From: an uncultured bacterium
GTDB taxonomy: Bacteria; Babelota; Babeliae; Babelales; Vermiphilaceae
Direction of reading: 5' to 3'
NCBI GenBank assembly: GCA_963702025.1
Contig: OY969699.1
Span: 128,001-192,000 of the forward strand
DNA length: 64,000 bases
Shown: piece by piece, positions 60,501 through 64,000 of the stretch
Position numbering within the stretch: position 1 is the stretch's first letter
Layout: the number at the start of each line of letters is the position of its first letter
Position numbers and translations under genes: made by a program
Notes under the pieces: model-generated
The model's database searches: none
What the model was told of the DNA's origin: nothing
What the model saw: only the letters and a program-made list of their open reading frames with translations

Positions 60501-63500
60501 TAGTAGACTCATTGGTTGCGTATCTTAATATAAGAGATGAATCAAAATTGACCGAAAGTAATAAAAAATCTTACTTCGAATTCAGAAATTCGATGCTTGG
60601 GATGTATAAGCATTATTTTAAAATTAATGATAATGATATTGCCTATAATTATGGCTATGGCGATCGCGTTAAAGCCATTCATCCGACTAATGATGTCACC
60701 GGTAATGAATTAATAACATTGCTGCAAAAAATTGATCCTAACCCGACTTTATACAATAAGCTTTTAGAATTCCAGATTACTGATTTCATTTTCCAAACTA
60801 ATAGCATGGTAAAATCCCAGGATCTCTTAAATAAAAAATTTTACGTGCCATCGCTGTTCGCAAATACTCCTGTCTCAATACTTGCTTATCTTTTAAAAAG
60901 CGGTGTGCATGAAAATATCATAAAAATTATTCTTCAAGATTCACGCAATAGCGCTGAGTTAATGTACATTTCATATTTAATAGCTTTATTGCATTCTAAT
61001 CCTACTATTAAACTGTTGTTACGGAATGAAAATAAAGAAATAGAAAACAATTTAAAAGTTATTATTAAAACATTGATCCAAGAAAAAGTTGATCAGGATA
61101 GAATTATCAAAATTTATAATGAAAATAGATCAAAAAATTCAATAAAAGAACGACTAGAATCTTTCTCTACTGAACCTATCGCTAAAAACATTCAAAGCTA
61201 TTTAGCCGATTTAGCACAAAATTCAGTCAACTTTGCGCGCAAACAATCGTTTGTCGCATCTAAATTAAAATTACCAGATACAAAAAAATTCACTCTCAAA
61301 CAATTGATTAATGCCCACTGCACCGGCACCGGACTGAGTGCATTGTTACCCATTAATGATCCAAACATTAAAAGAACGCCAGCGCAATTAAACAGCATTA
61401 TTGAACATATAAACAAACAAGAGAATGAATTAGAATTTGGCAAAATCGAACAATCGGTTGAAGCAGGGAGTGAAAAGAGCCCGGTATGCGGCACTATAAC
61501 TGAATGTTTACAAAATTCGATTGACTCGGTAAAACAGTTTATTACATCAATGCAACAGAATAAAACTGAAATAAGAGAATCTTTAAAAGCACGATATAGC
61601 ACCACTTCTAAGGTGCTCGACGCAGTATCTTCAATAGAATTTTCTTTAGCAACGATACCTTCCAAAATCGATAATAATAACCATCTCTCTTTAACAATAA
61701 GGGACCATATCGGTTTTGCAACCTTAAAATCGTTAATTACCGATTTTCTCTTGCCGGATTACAGCAACAAAAGACCTGATTTAGGAAACGTTGGCGATAT
61801 GGGCAATGGTTCATTTAAAATGTATCAACAGGCAGAATTTGTTTCGATTATTACCCGGCCCGTTGAGGACCCAACAAAAGTGTATATGTTAACCATTGTT
61901 CCTTTAAGAAATAAATTAACCAATCGCGTTGAGGATTTATCAATTACTCTCCGTGATATTACCGCTCAAGTTCCTAAAACTCTTTTTGGCACAACGATCC
62001 GCATAGTGTTCTTACCTGAACCAAGTAATAGAAATGATATTAATTTATTGTATGTTAAAGATTTCTTAACCAATACCGTTGGCGCCACCGATATCACATT
62101 GCCCCATGGGAAAAAAATAACTATTTATCTGAAGAATGGAAAAGAAGCAATCTTATTAAATAAACCCACAAAAACTGTTTTCCAAACAGTGTACCCGGAA
62201 ACCGGCAAAGTTAAATTTAAAGTAAATCAGCGCGAGAGTGATTACTTGCAAAGCTTTATAACTACCGGAGGCGTTCCCTTTAGAACCTTGCCTTCTTTAT
62301 GTAAACAGATGAATTTATTGCCAACTAATTTTATTACCGATTTTAGTTTCGGCTACCTTGTGGATTTGGATATAAACAGCTATGAACCGGTTCAAAGTAG
62401 AACATTGCTACAAATGAACAAAGAAAATCATATCCAATTAAAACAGGCGCTCCTTGATGCCTATTTTATCATTGGCTTGCACAAAGGCATCAATAATTCA
62501 AATTATTTTGACAAAGTATTTACCCATTTTGGCAGTTCGTGCCATTCATTAGAACAAGTTAGCTTAAGCTCTCAACTCAATGAGACATGCAATGAGATGA
62601 TAAACAACTTTTTAAATTCCAACTCAGTTACCACGATGGAACCGGAACTCTTCTTTACCTATTACAAACCTTCATGGGCGGACAAGAGTTTTTATCACCA
62701 TATCAAAGAGGTGTATGATACGATTCTGGACAGCGTGAATGCGCAGATAAAAGAAAATAAGAGGCTTATTGAAGAGTGGCACACCAAAAATAAAAATGAC
62801 CTCACCACCATCGCTACCAGCGAAGATAAAGCATTGGCAGAACAATTAAAGGAAAAATTAGCAAATGAGTTTAAGCCATTGAGAGAAAAATGTGCCCACG
62901 CAATTGAGACTATTTTTAACAATTGGAAATTCCAATTTAAAACATCAAAAAATGAAACTGCAAATCTTTTTGAAACAAACGTTGTAATACCATGGGTGTT
63001 TAAAAAGGCTGAGGGAATTAGTACCGGCTTTAAAAATGCACTAATGGAAATACCGACAATAAACAAAGATGGGGGAAAAAATAAATCTTCTTCTGCTGAA
63101 TCCATATATTCTCATAATTTAAACATAGTCTCGTTATTTAACGACTTAATGAAGCATAGTCTTTTGAGTTATTGTAATTTATTTTTAAACAAAATAGGCG
63201 TAACAGATATACAAAACAAACTAAGTAATGCCTCTTTTTATTACAATCCCTACCAATTAACAAGTGGATTTTACGTCCCAAAAACTAAAGAATTAAAAAT
63301 CAATTTAGCATTTGTCTCAGTCGCAGATTATTTTGAGATGTTGATTAGAATATTAGAAAACGATGCTACCGGGATCAGGTTAAATAAAACCTATAATGAG
63401 TTATTTGCAAATAATGCCGGCAATGAGGCAACGTTGACCCATGAGCTTGAGCATGCACGGCGCGAGGATAGCCACAATGGCCCCCACGGCCCTGGATTGG

Positions 63501-63754
63501 ATGCTGAGGGAAATATGTCTAATTTTAGACAATGCGCTAATAGTTTTAGTAGAAAAGCCCAAGAGGCCGGGTTACTGCAAGACTGGATAGCGGATATTCG
63601 GAATTTCTACAATAGTAAAGTTGATGCCCGTAACCGCGATTCTGAAAAGGAAAGTATGAAAAAATACGCTTTAAGCAACGTGAGAAGAGTTGAAGCTGAA
63701 AATAAAATATCTCTCATGCAAGAATTGGGATATTTATTCGGGGCTAAGTTGTAA
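57503..63754 (+). CDS. Giant secreted protein with two GHKL (HSP90/sacsin-like) ATPase modules and a C-terminal HEXXH motif; PTS2-like motifs at N-terminus and PTS1 AKL at C-terminus
   Basis: Signal peptide ending AYA; EIVVNAFDA..GKFGMGFFS; ECLQNSIDS..IRDHIGF..GDMGNGSF; LTHELEH; ends FGAKL; probable start MKFSIK at 57503. Confidence 0.8.
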   Translation: MKFSIKITVFLCLIGLQAYASEKQSSIALTRAQQLMGHIAPSVDIPGNLNSTAHQRIDGILGHIAPELQEYPFDVELNQCAGISQDAIDIFQKRLIEKKEIKLPLNTIIEWNLSGNHQFFIDSLNGKSSEINPTRTAMAKKWVRNASTRIFNDLNRSFLEIVVNAFDAMLPEDQSVGKFGMGFFSLLSFLDLIETDGAIIAIDTTALDKNGKPFTFTMHIEKNTAQDIYVTFKLQETPNTQTGSKIAILPKNTAKSFSPGTIENIYRYLHFLQFYENGTINLTIERNGTLQNEKLCAGTNTTAIAQVALSSQELSATDKGSGITVPVALTKLLVPSSSSKGNIKIKSLEDAKKEALNNISKPQLVNFKGKTKENLNYSHFLIKINGVVVIAIPNKQKEIENQIVDSTGHIKDLLISMPQITQLTLARNEIYINPDGKSFEETYLKKVIENAINTILLINDSTDQKTLVENQLLISALYNAFDYWEKQTAAEHVNGLFTSYIKEVLAKLLESKKNIFPVHPLFYSMTKSICDTFLGTTNQQCTLLPIDASIVSYSYSKLENFLKAQFLTKASKIENPTHKSLFLKGINQELIAGKIILFVPEDVLKNKTGKPTITDAGLRQTLFIPISFLQQSTNEDALTNKIINYFTQTILSSYNKNPENSHQKVFLINKDKAGDFYCSRLYDLPNDKITFLTQNQSQLADEFLNTHKELIKNLQLPDENRNSILRFIECYGKDCKEAFHRHSEDNEKFEYNIDIFHPAIATVDHLVVQFRKFFTAFKNIHNGQRDALLEGPFRDDEFPHVFCKILENTIFFDEATNTFHKFDNAKAKRLFINEFRTNQAFKELAQLNAPEYFSRRFEAEAKPLLLKLIKDNNLLGEKINSLNLVNFIFYKLLQNSELRTRDYILEYNHNIEIFPKLDKNLIALENLFLSLVSRKNYENFYWRNYVEPILSKNISVQSKGLNKELVRKAITEKLEEIPVSLEYQNTLTASIENLNIPSTLVDSLVAYLNIRDESKLTESNKKSYFEFRNSMLGMYKHYFKINDNDIAYNYGYGDRVKAIHPTNDVTGNELITLLQKIDPNPTLYNKLLEFQITDFIFQTNSMVKSQDLLNKKFYVPSLFANTPVSILAYLLKSGVHENIIKIILQDSRNSAELMYISYLIALLHSNPTIKLLLRNENKEIENNLKVIIKTLIQEKVDQDRIIKIYNENRSKNSIKERLESFSTEPIAKNIQSYLADLAQNSVNFARKQSFVASKLKLPDTKKFTLKQLINAHCTGTGLSALLPINDPNIKRTPAQLNSIIEHINKQENELEFGKIEQSVEAGSEKSPVCGTITECLQNSIDSVKQFITSMQQNKTEIRESLKARYSTTSKVLDAVSSIEFSLATIPSKIDNNNHLSLTIRDHIGFATLKSLITDFLLPDYSNKRPDLGNVGDMGNGSFKMYQQAEFVSIITRPVEDPTKVYMLTIVPLRNKLTNRVEDLSITLRDITAQVPKTLFGTTIRIVFLPEPSNRNDINLLYVKDFLTNTVGATDITLPHGKKITIYLKNGKEAILLNKPTKTVFQTVYPETGKVKFKVNQRESDYLQSFITTGGVPFRTLPSLCKQMNLLPTNFITDFSFGYLVDLDINSYEPVQSRTLLQMNKENHIQLKQALLDAYFIIGLHKGINNSNYFDKVFTHFGSSCHSLEQVSLSSQLNETCNEMINNFLNSNSVTTMEPELFFTYYKPSWADKSFYHHIKEVYDTILDSVNAQIKENKRLIEEWHTKNKNDLTTIATSEDKALAEQLKEKLANEFKPLREKCAHAIETIFNNWKFQFKTSKNETANLFETNVVIPWVFKKAEGISTGFKNALMEIPTINKDGGKNKSSSAESIYSHNLNIVSLFNDLMKHSLLSYCNLFLNKIGVTDIQNKLSNASFYYNPYQLTSGFYVPKTKELKINLAFVSVADYFEMLIRILENDATGIRLNKTYNELFANNAGNEATLTHELEHARREDSHNGPHGPGLDAEGNMSNFRQCANSFSRKAQEAGLLQDWIADIRNFYNSKVDARNRDSEKESMKKYALSNVRRVEAENKISLMQELGYLFGAKL

Positions 63755-63787
63755 AATGCTTTTTTCGAACCTAGTTTTGAATATTAA

Positions 63788-64000
63788 ACCCGCATGGTTC
63801 GATACGCTCGCTATGCTCGCACTCACCCGAGCGGTTTTAGTATTATTTTTATTAATCCTTTAAAGAACTGGCTGCGCCAGGCGTCCTTCGAGACCCGGCC
63901 TACGCCAAGGCTTCGGCGGGCATGGCGCAAGCTCCTCAGCTTGTCCGCCATAGCTCCAAAGGAGCGACGGCTGGAGATGACCGGAAGGACGCGTTTACTC
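63788..64000. repeat. REP-like cluster with nested units
   Basis: ccgcatggttcgatac...actcacccgagcgg; then ggcgtccttcga...ggaaggacgcgtttactc homologous to 13241-13287 with inserted hairpins. Confidence 0.75.

Noticed and set aside
5179..63105. Numerous 60-155 aa ORFs overlapping annotated genes on the opposite strand or alternate frame
   Set aside because: Shadow ORFs of well-supported genes; their recurrence in paralogs just mirrors conservation of the sense strand.
4958..64000. CRISPR array or diversity-generating retroelement
   Set aside because: Palindromes are dispersed, not regularly spaced with unique spacers; no cas or reverse transcriptase gene; differences between paralogs are not adenine-specific.

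Overview
AT-rich bacterial DNA whose gene content (ankyrin protein, many MKK...AME signal-peptide proteins, Cys-rich outer-membrane beta-barrel arrays, RRM protein, DUF4143 ATPases) suggests an intracellular parasite of protists, most likely Ca. Dependentiae/Babelota (inference). Housekeeping genes (nusB, efp, glyA, ribD-ribE-ribBA-ribH, ugd, alaS, pth, skp, P-type ATPase, tmRNA) are interleaved with four kinds of accessory content. (1) An envelope/redox region of seven ~280-aa Cys-rich beta-barrels, two ~505-aa Cys-rich barrels, three exported GMC flavo-oxidoreductases and the riboflavin operon. (2) A 3.8-kb tandem duplication with near-identical flanks but a strongly diverged central gene. 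(3) An IS630 and a family of REP-like palindromes tied to decayed GIY-YIG nuclease genes. (4) Putative secreted effectors. The most striking observation is that three signal-peptide proteins (two GNAT-like proteins and a 2083-aa double-GHKL/HEXXH protein) carry five nonapeptides resembling the eukaryotic peroxisomal targeting signal PTS2 (R-[IA]-x5-H-[LIV]). The giant protein also ends in the canonical PTS1 tripeptide AKL, suggesting bacterial effectors addressed to host peroxisomes.
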